This document shows positions 55,128 to 64,000 of a DNA stretch of 64,000 nucleotides, piece after piece. How positions within the stretch are numbered: position 1 is the first letter of the stretch; the number at the start of each line of letters is the position of its first letter. Source of the stretch: a virus; the IMG/VR virus record IMGVR_UViG_3300010354_000044, positions 107,985 to 171,984 of that record; one strand, 5' to 3'. The translations under genes and the position numbers were made by a program. The notes under the pieces are model-generated. The model saw only the letters and a list, made by a program, of their open reading frames with translations, made no database searches and was not told the origin of the DNA.

Positions 55128-56779
55128 CTGAAGCTACATCTAACCTGAATCTAGAAGTGACCGTTGAGCAGGAGCCTCAAGCTAAACTAACCACTGTACA
55201 GCCAGCGACAAGTAACCACCCTATTAAATTACTAACCAAAGCAGAACAAACCAGGCTAATTAATCTCATTAATGAAAAGGCTGAGGAGAACTTCCAGACG
55301 GTAGAAGAGGTACTCAAGTTCTACGACAAAGACCCAGAAGGCGTGCAAACTCTCATTGAATTAGCTCGCAGTAGTCGTCAGAAAAAAGCTGGACGTAATC
55401 ATACGACCTACGCTAGGGTTAGTATAAACAAAGATCGCTTATTCTTTGAATTTACCCAACCTACTCGGACGGAGACGGGCTACCAGTATTCCTCGTTATT
55501 TCCTAATGCTGATGACCCTAAAGACTTTAAGCATGTAAAGGGCAACCCGAGCGAGTGTAGTATTCATGGCCATAAGTTTGTCGGATTTACAGGCCTAATG
55601 CTAGATATAAGCTACGGTGTTCAGCTCAAAGCCTATGGGTCAGAAGGTTCTGAATTACTATGTCGTTCTGTTAGGTATGAGCACAATGACCTTAGTTATG
55701 AAGGTAATCTCCCAATACCAGGCCGGTTGAGTGACCTTACCTTCAATACGTATAAGAGAGTTCGGGATAGTGCAAACCAACCCGTAGAGCCCGCTAAATA
55801 CGAACCGCGGTATCAAATCTTCCACCCGCATAAGAATACACAAGCTAATATATACGGCCAGCCTTCCAAAGCTTATTGGGCAAGCAAATGGCAGGAGTCA
55901 GACTCCTCCGCGAACCAAGAACCTGAATTGGTCTCATGTCAGGACTGCATTAAACGGGGTAACCATATTCAGGATGTTAAAAACCCTAAGTCCGCTAAGT
56001 GCAAACCTCTTGCGGAAGTCTATATCCTAGTTACACATCTGCAGGAGCGTCACCCGCCATCTCTAGATGGGTTAGACCTGGCTGAACGAGTGTACAATTG
56101 GTACCCTGTTGAGTTCTTTGGGTTGAAGCCTTTTATTGTAGTACATCGTATTGACAGCCCAACCAGGACTACAATATTTAATGACGGCTTTGAGATTAAT
56201 AAAGAGCATGACCTGCTGCCTATGCCTACCGGGATCAAAGAGCTCTACCCAACAACTGAAATTTATCAAGACGCAAAACGTCAGGCTGAAAGCCGTTTCA
56301 ACCCGCTAAAAGCTATCTACACGGATGCAGACGGTGAGAAGCATAGAGAACCTAATTACTGCGTGCTCCCCGTAGAAATTCATATTGGGGTGACAGGCAA
56401 TCCAGCGTTAAAGTTTGGACCCTTTACCTATGGAGGTATTTGTAAAACATTAGATCAATGGGAACATATTGAAGAGCTGGCCAAGTTTGGTTATACCCTT
56501 GCAGCTTACAAGGAAGATAGATTAGAGGGTGAGGAGCCGGTCTTTAATCACCAGATTCCAAACCTTCCTAATGCTACAGCTGATGAAGGGCTGCCGAGCT
56601 CAGAGGACCTAACTGAACTATTGCAGGATATCACTATTGTGGATGATGTCACTGACGACACCGACGACACTGAAGTTACCGACGAGGAGGTTGAAGAAGT
56701 AGAAGAGGTGGAAGAAACCATCCCCTCTACACGTCCGAAGAACCGAGCTCGTATGCTAAACCTAGATACTGAAAACTAG
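55124..56779 (+). CDS. hypothetical replication protein with acidic C-terminal tail (SSB-like candidate)
   Basis: 551 aa; CxxC; long D/E tract near the C terminus. Confidence 0.5.
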   Translation: MTEATSNLNLEVTVEQEPQAKLTTVQPATSNHPIKLLTKAEQTRLINLINEKAEENFQTVEEVLKFYDKDPEGVQTLIELARSSRQKKAGRNHTTYARVSINKDRLFFEFTQPTRTETGYQYSSLFPNADDPKDFKHVKGNPSECSIHGHKFVGFTGLMLDISYGVQLKAYGSEGSELLCRSVRYEHNDLSYEGNLPIPGRLSDLTFNTYKRVRDSANQPVEPAKYEPRYQIFHPHKNTQANIYGQPSKAYWASKWQESDSSANQEPELVSCQDCIKRGNHIQDVKNPKSAKCKPLAEVYILVTHLQERHPPSLDGLDLAERVYNWYPVEFFGLKPFIVVHRIDSPTRTTIFNDGFEINKEHDLLPMPTGIKELYPTTEIYQDAKRQAESRFNPLKAIYTDADGEKHREPNYCVLPVEIHIGVTGNPALKFGPFTYGGICKTLDQWEHIEELAKFGYTLAAYKEDRLEGEEPVFNHQIPNLPNATADEGLPSSEDLTELLQDITIVDDVTDDTDDTEVTDEEVEEVEEVEETIPSTRPKNRARMLNLDTEN

Positions 56780-56786
56780 CGACAGG

Positions 56787-56809
56787 AGGAGGGGGCGTAA
56801 GCCCCCTTC
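56787..56809 (+). terminator. GC hairpin with GTAA tetraloop
   Basis: AGGGGGC-GTAA-GCCCCCT; weak U-tract. Confidence 0.45.
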
Positions 56810-56814
56810 AAGCT

Positions 56815-58362
56815 ATGCCTACTATTAAATACGGACTACAGAACATAGAACTACGAGGTCTATCTGCTGATTTAGCTAAGAAAATCAGGGACCTAACAAG
56901 CTATACCGTCAAAGTGGATGCGGAAAGATACTTCCAATCAATGGACATAACCCGAGAAGAAGCTTGGGAGAAAGCCACTTACTACCCTGCGACTTATCAG
57001 GTTAACAAGTCGGATGATACTTACACTCTGCGAATTCCAACAGGATTTTATTTAAGATTAGGTGACATTCTAGGGCGCAACCTTAAACCCCGTAACACCA
57101 TAGAGCCTGTAGAGTTGGATCTAGAGAAGCTGATGGCTGAGCTGGGCCTACAGGTTAGAAGCCACCAGATAGAAGCTGTAGAGGCTTTGCTGGAGTGCCC
57201 TCGGGGTCAGGTCGTCCTGCCAACCGGTGCCGGGAAGAGTTATATCATTGCGCTTTTCCTGCGCTATTTCCCGAATGTGACCGCGCTGGTTGTAGTTCCT
57301 AAAATAGACCTTCAGAGACAACTAATACGGACTTTAGAACATGTTCTGCAGGAACCTATAGGAGCCATTGGCGGGGGTAAGGATGAAATTAAACGGGTTA
57401 GCGTTGCTGTTTGGAATAGCATTAGTGACCATAGATACTCAAAGTACCTAGAAACCGTTAAAGCTATTATCATTGATGAGTGTCATGAGCGCATAGATAA
57501 CCAAAGGCGGTTATTAGACCCTAGACTAGCAAGTAATCATGTCAAAACAAACCCACCTATTAGGATAGGGGTAACCGCAACACCCCGAAAGGATGGGCGG
57601 GAATTTCATACAGAAGGTATTGTAGGCCCTGTCCTATACACCGTACCCCGTGAGAGGCTTGAGTCTGAGAATATCATTATATGCCCGGAGTTCTACTATA
57701 TTCCATACGAGCATAAAGATACTGAAAATGTGATTTATGAAGGCTATAAAGGTGGGGGTTATTGGCATGGCAAAGAGTTTAAAACCATCCCTCGTGATGC
57801 AGAACATTACAAGTTTTGCTGTACTGAAAACGAAGAGCGTAACGAGCTAATACTACGCATCCTAAAGGCCTTCATAGATTGGGACGGGCGTACTGGTCCT
57901 GGACTATGTTTTACAGCTTCTATTGAACACAGTAATCTTATTGTAGATGGACTTAAGAAGCTTAAGAAACCTAAATACACTAAGGTATGCTCCGTCAGCT
58001 CTGAAACTAAAACGAAAGATAGAAATCAAATTCTTGATAAAGCTCGGGCGGGGGAATTAAACCTACTAGTTGCCGCCAATATACTAAATGTTGGGGTAGA
58101 TATTCCGTCCTTACAAGTAGGATTTCTGACGAACCCATGCATGAATGAGATTACTCTCGTTCAACGTATCGGGCGTATTTTAAGAAAGTCTAAGCAGAAA
58201 GGGAAAGTCATTATATGTATATTCTTAGATAAGGAGAATATTTACTACACCAATAGGAGTATAAAGGCTAAAGCAGCCTTAGAACGCGAGTACGAAACGG
58301 CAACACATACAGAACTTACAGTGGCAGAGCTGATTAATAAGTTCAAAACCAACACTTTTTAG
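56815..58362 (+). CDS. SF2 DEXH helicase (UvsW/XPB-like)
   Basis: RSHQ, PTGAGKS, IDECH, TATP, GVDIP, QRIGRILR. Confidence 0.9.
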   Translation: MPTIKYGLQNIELRGLSADLAKKIRDLTSYTVKVDAERYFQSMDITREEAWEKATYYPATYQVNKSDDTYTLRIPTGFYLRLGDILGRNLKPRNTIEPVELDLEKLMAELGLQVRSHQIEAVEALLECPRGQVVLPTGAGKSYIIALFLRYFPNVTALVVVPKIDLQRQLIRTLEHVLQEPIGAIGGGKDEIKRVSVAVWNSISDHRYSKYLETVKAIIIDECHERIDNQRRLLDPRLASNHVKTNPPIRIGVTATPRKDGREFHTEGIVGPVLYTVPRERLESENIIICPEFYYIPYEHKDTENVIYEGYKGGGYWHGKEFKTIPRDAEHYKFCCTENEERNELILRILKAFIDWDGRTGPGLCFTASIEHSNLIVDGLKKLKKPKYTKVCSVSSETKTKDRNQILDKARAGELNLLVAANILNVGVDIPSLQVGFLTNPCMNEITLVQRIGRILRKSKQKGKVIICIFLDKENIYYTNRSIKAKAALEREYETATHTELTVAELINKFKTNTF

Positions 58363-58368
58363 ATCTAA

Positions 58369-58578
58369 ATGCTTACTAACAAGGAGTTTGTACTAGATCC
58401 ATCACTGGCCTGCGAGCTTATTATACAGCTACCGCAGGCCAGTGATGAGGATAAAAACTTGGCTAGGGGTTATTTGAGAAAGCACGGATCACTTACTGAT
58501 GAAAAGAAAGCAACCCTAAGCAGACATATTCTGAATTTAGCAAGTAAACTTGCAATAGCTCATGACCCTTCTATTTAA
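58369..58578 (+). CDS. small hypothetical protein
   Basis: 69-aa ORF. Confidence 0.6.
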   Translation: MLTNKEFVLDPSLACELIIQLPQASDEDKNLARGYLRKHGSLTDEKKATLSRHILNLASKLAIAHDPSI

Positions 58579-58607
58579 CCAAAAGCTTACAAACAGAACA
58601 CCAGACA

Positions 58608-59126
58608 ATGCGGAATATTATTGCAGCCATAGACGAAGCTGGAGGTATTGGTAAGGGTAATACTATCCCGTGGAACCATCCAAGCAGTGTAAACTATTTC
58701 AGGAATCTAACCTCTAACAGCACTGTTGTTATGGGGCGCCGGACGTTTGATTTATACAAGGCTACCCCTTTAGGGGGTCGGCGCAATGTAATTATATGCT
58801 CAAACCCTAGAGCGGCCTTTGAGGCCTACTACTCCGGTGACTTAAGTCATCAGAGGTCTTTAGCAACATTTACCTCAGACCCCTTTGATCCTATCATCAC
58901 AGACCCTGATCTGCATTTCAACGACGTTTGGTACATCGGTGGCGCACGATTATATGCAAACGTTATCCGTCACGTAGATGCTGTATACATTACTCGTATA
59001 CCCGGGCAACATAACTGCGATAAATTCTTTCCAGCGCTGCCTGTCAACTTTTGTTTGCAGGCCCAAACATCTTCAGCGGGACTAACCTATGAAATATACA
59101 GACCTAGAGAGCATTCCACTTACTGA
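58608..59126 (+). CDS. folA: dihydrofolate reductase-like protein
   Basis: IIAA...GIG..NTIPW, VVMGRRTF, PL.GRRN, IGGA.LY, CDKFFP; Asp27-equivalent is Ser. Confidence 0.88.
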   Translation: MRNIIAAIDEAGGIGKGNTIPWNHPSSVNYFRNLTSNSTVVMGRRTFDLYKATPLGGRRNVIICSNPRAAFEAYYSGDLSHQRSLATFTSDPFDPIITDPDLHFNDVWYIGGARLYANVIRHVDAVYITRIPGQHNCDKFFPALPVNFCLQAQTSSAGLTYEIYRPREHSTY

Positions 59127-60345
59127 AGCTGCGCGGGTTCTTAACATTGCTATCCATGATGGCAATACCAAAGCAGGAGGAGGGCGGGAGCCTTGCCCCT
59201 TCTGCGGTAGTTCTACAGGCTTTCAAACCCGAGATAATAAAACTTATACGTGTTATAGCTGCAATAACCGAGGTTCAGTCCTAAGTCTTGCTAAGCATGC
59301 GGACAATGGTTTTAGTCTTTTAAGAAAGGCTTTTATAGCTGATCCAAACCTGGCACATGCAGACTATAGCGAGATGGAGAAAATATTCTCCCATTACACC
59401 CGGCTACTGGAAGGCCACCCAGAAATCATAACCGAGTTTTGTGATACAAGACAAATAGACCTTACACAAGTAGAAGTAGGCTACGCCAAGGGTAACCTGC
59501 AGTCCTCTGGCTACTCTAGTAAGCAGCTGAGTAATTTGGGCTTACTGTCTAATAAAAATGCGGAATTATGGTGGGACCATCTTATATTCCCTATTAGAGA
59601 TAGAAGAGGCTTATTGACTCACTTTCAAGGTAGGGCCCTTGGTAACACAAAATTGCGTTGGCTAGCCAGCCGCCACCCTACTCTACCTATATCAAATTGC
59701 TTATATAACCTAAACAAGGTTAGTGACATCCAATCAGCTCCTTACTACCCAGACGTGTTTATTACCGAAGGGATTACCGATGCTCTATCCCTGCAGCAGA
59801 TGCAAGGTAAAGTCAGTGGCATTATTAAAGATAAACCTTTCACCCGGCATATAAAAACAGTCGCACTGGGTACACTTGGAATTAACCCAGATATATCCCA
59901 CCACGCTTACCCCCTAAAGGATTTCAGTATCTGTTTTATTTACGACAATACTAAGATTGCGATTGGTAGTAGGGATTATGTACAAGGCCTGCCAAATTAC
60001 CGCTCCTGGAACAGCATGCTACCATGCATTATTGATTTCTATAAACGGCGTAACTCCGGCAGAGTGTTCTGTTTACAGGTTCCCGAGCAGCCTGGCGTGG
60101 AGGACGTTAACGACTTCCTAAAAGCTATTGACTGGGATTTTAATAGCTGGTTTGCTTACTTCAAGAATAATATCAATACTCTAGAGGATTTTGTACTGAA
60201 CTACTATAAAGACGACCCTAAGGCTATGCGGCTAGTTGGGAAGTGCCTAAGCGTGAGGAAACGGCCTGAGGACCTTGATGAGTATAGCCGACTACTTAAG
60301 CACCATTTCGGCAATGAAGTAAGCTATTTACTGAGTATTCTATGA
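59089..60345 (+). CDS. DnaG-like DNA primase
   Basis: Zn finger CPFC..CYSC, FPIRD..G..FQGR, TOPRIM EGITD, YDN, DVND. Confidence 0.88.
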   Translation: MKYTDLESIPLTEAARVLNIAIHDGNTKAGGGREPCPFCGSSTGFQTRDNKTYTCYSCNNRGSVLSLAKHADNGFSLLRKAFIADPNLAHADYSEMEKIFSHYTRLLEGHPEIITEFCDTRQIDLTQVEVGYAKGNLQSSGYSSKQLSNLGLLSNKNAELWWDHLIFPIRDRRGLLTHFQGRALGNTKLRWLASRHPTLPISNCLYNLNKVSDIQSAPYYPDVFITEGITDALSLQQMQGKVSGIIKDKPFTRHIKTVALGTLGINPDISHHAYPLKDFSICFIYDNTKIAIGSRDYVQGLPNYRSWNSMLPCIIDFYKRRNSGRVFCLQVPEQPGVEDVNDFLKAIDWDFNSWFAYFKNNINTLEDFVLNYYKDDPKAMRLVGKCLSVRKRPEDLDEYSRLLKHHFGNEVSYLLSIL

Positions 60346-61241
60346 TTTACTGCGCCGCTTATAGCAGTTCTGTAGCCGCCGGCCCGGTCGTTGCTGTGGC
60401 TGCCTATTTTAAGTCTGAGGCCCCTAAGGCAAGGCCTACCTTTGGTAGCACTTCTATGCAGCAGCTGAAAGCCTATATAGAAAGTGCAGAACAAAACGTA
60501 GATTACGAATACGTCCTAATACCCAACCATAAAATAAACTACCTGGGATATAACCGGGCTGTATCTACCACCATAGAATATCTTTCGGCTAAGTTTGGAG
60601 TTAGGTATAACGTTAAGTCTCCTACTATAATACCACCCAAGCATTGCGTAGGGGCTTTAGGGAGCCCTTTTACTAAAGTCACCAGCTCCAATATCAAGCA
60701 TTGGGATAAATCCGTTTACACATTCTCGTTAGCCCGATATTATTCTGCTTTCTGGATGTCTAAGTATTACCATTACTTTCACCCTATTTACCGATGGAAT
60801 AAAAACTATGGCTTTTCCCGCCCTAATCATTTGGACGTTATTTTAGAACACGGACCTGTTCCAGAATTACACCGACGCCGAATACTACTTAGGCTATGCC
60901 TAAGATGGTACGACCGTGTGATTCAAGGAGACCGTTGGGCGCGTTCACATAACTGGTTGACAAGACAGCCTGTTTGGTGGACAGAACTTTTTCCTAAGGT
61001 TCATTTTTGTTCAAAGTTATCTAAAACCCAATTAAACCGTCTTAAAGATATCTACTACCCCTCGCTAGACGAGGAGTTTGTTAAATGGATTCAAGATACG
61101 TCTGAGCATGCTGTTGATGCAGAGAAAACACAAGACAACGAATTGCTTTGCTATAGGCCCTTTGCGCCCGGTGAATTCAGTGAATTAGATATTGAAGCGG
61201 CAGCTAGGGATTTAAAACAGCGCATTAAAATCCGAGTGTGA
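60342..61241 (+). CDS. RNase HII-like protein, catalytic acidic residues absent
   Basis: AGPVVAVA and Y.W.KNYG....H...I.EHGP....HRR match RnhB; N-terminal DEAGRG motif missing. Confidence 0.7.
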   Translation: MIYCAAYSSSVAAGPVVAVAAYFKSEAPKARPTFGSTSMQQLKAYIESAEQNVDYEYVLIPNHKINYLGYNRAVSTTIEYLSAKFGVRYNVKSPTIIPPKHCVGALGSPFTKVTSSNIKHWDKSVYTFSLARYYSAFWMSKYYHYFHPIYRWNKNYGFSRPNHLDVILEHGPVPELHRRRILLRLCLRWYDRVIQGDRWARSHNWLTRQPVWWTELFPKVHFCSKLSKTQLNRLKDIYYPSLDEEFVKWIQDTSEHAVDAEKTQDNELLCYRPFAPGEFSELDIEAAARDLKQRIKIRV

Positions 61242-61708
61242 GGTTACCAATCATGGATAAGCTACGACCTAATTATCAATTTGACCTTAGTAAACCGATT
61301 GATGAACTAATCCGACTAGAAAAGGTTTACTGTAAGCATGTTTCTAAGTTAGTTAAGTTTGGTACGATACAGCCATCTACTAAATCGTACTTACTTACCT
61401 TCTTTGTTATTATGTGCCAATTGACAGAGCACTATAAAGCCGTAGACCCGGACTTCTGTCAACGTTTAGCAGAGCACACTGTTACGTACAAAGGCTCGGT
61501 CGTTAAACTAGAAAACCTACTAGCCCAGTATCATATCCAACCTTATAATACATTTTTGATAGCTAGCTTTGACACAAAAGCAATTGACAACGAGTATAGT
61601 AATATATGGTTGCATTACATACAGCTACGCGAACATCTATGGGCCTTAGCGTTAAAAGAGGACCTCACAACTCCTGAACTCTACGACCAGCACTTAACCC
61701 CATTTTGA
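61238..61708 (+). CDS. hypothetical protein
   Basis: 156-aa ORF, GTGA overlap. Confidence 0.65.
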   Translation: MRLPIMDKLRPNYQFDLSKPIDELIRLEKVYCKHVSKLVKFGTIQPSTKSYLLTFFVIMCQLTEHYKAVDPDFCQRLAEHTVTYKGSVVKLENLLAQYHIQPYNTFLIASFDTKAIDNEYSNIWLHYIQLREHLWALALKEDLTTPELYDQHLTPF

Positions 61709-61709
61709 A

Positions 61710-62282
61710 ATGTTTATCGGATTGGACCAATCTACAACTAAAACTGGGGTCGCTGTATATGATAGCGCCTCCAACCACCGTTGTATATACTATGGCCTTA
61801 TCCGACCTGATGGGGAAGATTGGTTAGCTAGAATTAGTGTAACAGTGTCTTCGTTACTAAAATTAATTGAACAACACCCCCCTGTGCGGGTCTTTATAGA
61901 AGAACCCTTCTACTTCTCAAAAAACTCTTCATCCCTACACCAACTATTAGCTTTAGAGAAAATTATAAAGTGGGAGCTTTATAAGTTAGGCATACCTTTT
62001 CAGACCGTCCCAACTAAACAGAACTCGGGGTGGCCGGCTACAGTAGGTGTCTCGGGGACAAAAGAACATTTTGCTAAAGCTATACAGCCTTACTGCCCAA
62101 CAATCTTCGTCGCAGAAACCCATATCTTAAAAAACGGGACCTACACGCTTAAGAAGAAATATCAAGGCAAGGATTATCTAACCTATGACGTTAGTGATGC
62201 TATTGGAGTTTTATGCGGTGGGCTGCAAATTACCGTAGACAAACTATCCGTCATAAAGTTCAATCGCTTAAATATGATATAA
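61710..62282 (+). CDS. ruvC: RuvC-like Holliday junction resolvase
   Basis: IGLDQSTTKTG, FIEEP, GTKE, DVSDAIG. Confidence 0.85.
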   Translation: MFIGLDQSTTKTGVAVYDSASNHRCIYYGLIRPDGEDWLARISVTVSSLLKLIEQHPPVRVFIEEPFYFSKNSSSLHQLLALEKIIKWELYKLGIPFQTVPTKQNSGWPATVGVSGTKEHFAKAIQPYCPTIFVAETHILKNGTYTLKKKYQGKDYLTYDVSDAIGVLCGGLQITVDKLSVIKFNRLNMI

Positions 62283-62314
62283 GCTATAATAGTTACTTTA
62301 ACTAATTAAAGCTT

Positions 62315-63406
62315 ATGCCAAAGCGTGATTATATTTCCATATCTAGTCTTGAGTTATATCATAAATGCCCCCGACTTTTCAGTAAGAAGTATATTGAACA
62401 GGTAGAGGCTAAAGAGATAATCCAGGAGCCATTGATATTAGGCAGCTTGGCCCATACTTTATTAGAGACTAAATTACACGATAATCTAAAGGTAGAGGAT
62501 GCCCTAACGTTAGTCCTACCTACTTGGGTAGAAACGCTGTGCCAATTACCTATAACCAATTCCTTTGAAAAAATGAAGGATGGCGCCGGTGTTGACATTA
62601 TGTCGTTGTATAACTATGCCGATAAAGTTAGTGACTTACTGTTACGAACGGCGCCTAATTACCACAAGGCTGATCAGATCAAAAAGGTAAATGGCGAGGT
62701 CATAAAAGACCCGTTGGGTAAATACTCCACCAAGGTGTGGACAGTTGAGTATAAAAAGCTTGAGGTAAATAGCCAGAAGTTTTACGTAGACCTTACAGCC
62801 TGTAAGCATAACCCAGATTTTAGAAATTTTAGCCTCGCTAATACAGCGGCATGGGCTACGTATATGGCAAAGAATTTCCGACGCGAATCTGGGATGACTA
62901 CGTTAGATGTAGAATGGCAATTTGGTCCTGACGTAGACCGAATTGTTACTATAGAGGGATACCCATTAAAAGGTGCTATTGACTGGGTAGTTGAGTTAGA
63001 TAATGGCGAAATAGCTATTATTGATCATAAAACTAGTAAAAAACACTTCAAAGACATACAGGTTAGCCACCATAAACAGCTTAACGTGTATGCTTATGTG
63101 TACGGAGAGATAACAGGTAAACTACCCGACTGGATAGTTATATCAGCCCCTTACTCTCAGAAATTCTATTGGCAGCCTGTCATTATTGACAATGTCTACG
63201 AAGCTGTCCAGTATGTAAAAAATAGTATATTATGTATCAATACTAATTTTGATAATAATACATGGCCAGCTCCCCACCCTAATGATTACAACTCGCCTTG
63301 TATTAATAGAAGCTGGGAAACAGGGCTTGTTACCTACGAATGCCCTTACTTAGGAAACTGCTGGCCAACTTATCATCAAGATCTAACGTCCCTTGAGCCT
63401 ATTTAA
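62315..63406 (+). CDS. PD-(D/E)xK RecB/Cas4-like exonuclease
   Basis: SISSL..Y.KCP, GSLAH..LE, GAID, IIDHKT, QL.VY, C-terminal Cys residues. Confidence 0.87.
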   Translation: MPKRDYISISSLELYHKCPRLFSKKYIEQVEAKEIIQEPLILGSLAHTLLETKLHDNLKVEDALTLVLPTWVETLCQLPITNSFEKMKDGAGVDIMSLYNYADKVSDLLLRTAPNYHKADQIKKVNGEVIKDPLGKYSTKVWTVEYKKLEVNSQKFYVDLTACKHNPDFRNFSLANTAAWATYMAKNFRRESGMTTLDVEWQFGPDVDRIVTIEGYPLKGAIDWVVELDNGEIAIIDHKTSKKHFKDIQVSHHKQLNVYAYVYGEITGKLPDWIVISAPYSQKFYWQPVIIDNVYEAVQYVKNSILCINTNFDNNTWPAPHPNDYNSPCINRSWETGLVTYECPYLGNCWPTYHQDLTSLEPI

Positions 63407-63414
63407 CTCAACTT

Positions 63415-63726
63415 ATGAAAACATTTGAAGCCCCAGAATCGCTTTATGATCTGGAAAGTAAGATTAAAACACAATCAGATTTAATTAACCACATCATCGC
63501 AAAAGTACCTGTTACAAAAGCGTTGGCCAGTCGTATCATCCAAGAGGTGTTTGATTTTATTGGCATTATGCTACTGCTTCGGTGTAGTGTAGACTTTCCG
63601 AGAATTGGGAAGTTTGAAGTTAATGAAGCATCTAATGGACAGTGGCAAATCATTTTCAGACCTTCACAGCATCTAGATAAGCTAGTAAAGGCAAGCCCCG
63701 AGACAATCCGTAAAGCATATGAGTAA
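63415..63726 (+). CDS. HU/IHF-like DNA-binding protein
   Basis: TQSDLI..I...VTKALA..II..VF..I...VDFPRIGKF...FRPS..L. Confidence 0.8.
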   Translation: MKTFEAPESLYDLESKIKTQSDLINHIIAKVPVTKALASRIIQEVFDFIGIMLLLRCSVDFPRIGKFEVNEASNGQWQIIFRPSQHLDKLVKASPETIRKAYE

Positions 63727-64000
63727 TAGTAAAACTTGTATGATACAAAGTCAGTCGGGCCGCCCTATAACTATAGAACAGAGCGCTGCGGACAGCCGAG
63801 AGGTCTATATTAAGGTCACGCAGAATAACATAACAAAATCGTACCAGCTGCGAAATTGTGGGTACGAAGAACGTCCGCTTATTACTACGTCAGTAGAGGC
63901 CAATGAACAGGCCGAGTATCTAATTAACCACTATAGAGCGCGCACCTATTTCAAACCCAGGAGAGACGTCAAGAATAACCGACCGGATATCATCCGTAAA
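63719..64000 (+). CDS. hypothetical protein, truncated by window end
   Basis: ATG63719 (or 63740), open to the end of the window. Confidence 0.6.
   Translation, partial: MSNSKTCMIQSQSGRPITIEQSAADSREVYIKVTQNNITKSYQLRNCGYEERPLITTSVEANEQAEYLINHYRARTYFKPRRDVKNNRPDIIRK

Noticed and set aside
62315-63406. Cas4 as evidence of a CRISPR-Cas system
   Set aside because: It is a solo PD-(D/E)xK nuclease in a replication module, common in phages; no other cas genes are present.
1-64000. Alternative genetic code (stop-codon reassignment)
   Set aside because: Long conserved genes are intact in the standard code and TAA, TAG and TGA all end tightly packed genes; only one suspicious internal TGA (19326) was seen.

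Overview
Gene-dense segment of a large dsDNA bacteriophage genome in the standard genetic code, mostly on the + strand. A cyanobacterial host is inferred from several gene families. Layout: (i) 1-23 kb is an accessory/early region of small hypothetical genes, with a three-domain Pnkp/Rnl1-type RNA-repair enzyme, tRNA-Pro(TGG), dNMP kinase and an M23 peptidase. (ii) 23-31.6 kb has a PIF1-like helicase, an rIIA/rIIB-like pair, and DUF3102- and DUF2235-like genes. (iii) 31.6-38.8 kb is a minus-strand tail/fibre module. (iv) 39-64 kb is a replication/recombination module: PhoH, RecA, a split family-A DNA polymerase, probable beta-clamp and clamp loader, UDG, SNF2 and SF2 helicases, DHFR, primase, RNase HII-like, RuvC, PD-(D/E)xK nuclease and HU. 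The top candidate for an undescribed system is an operon at 12119-14390. A promoter with a palindromic operator precedes three covarying stem-loop RNAs interleaved with tRNA-Pro, followed by a 610-aa helical+TerD-like protein, an arrangement resembling Ro60/Y-RNA loci. Other highlights: a complete dnaX-type -1 frameshift cassette in a putative replication-initiator gene next to an inverted-repeat cluster, a PolA split around an intervening non-intron gene, and several enzymes that have lost catalytic residues. All family assignments come from motif recognition by eye, not database searches.
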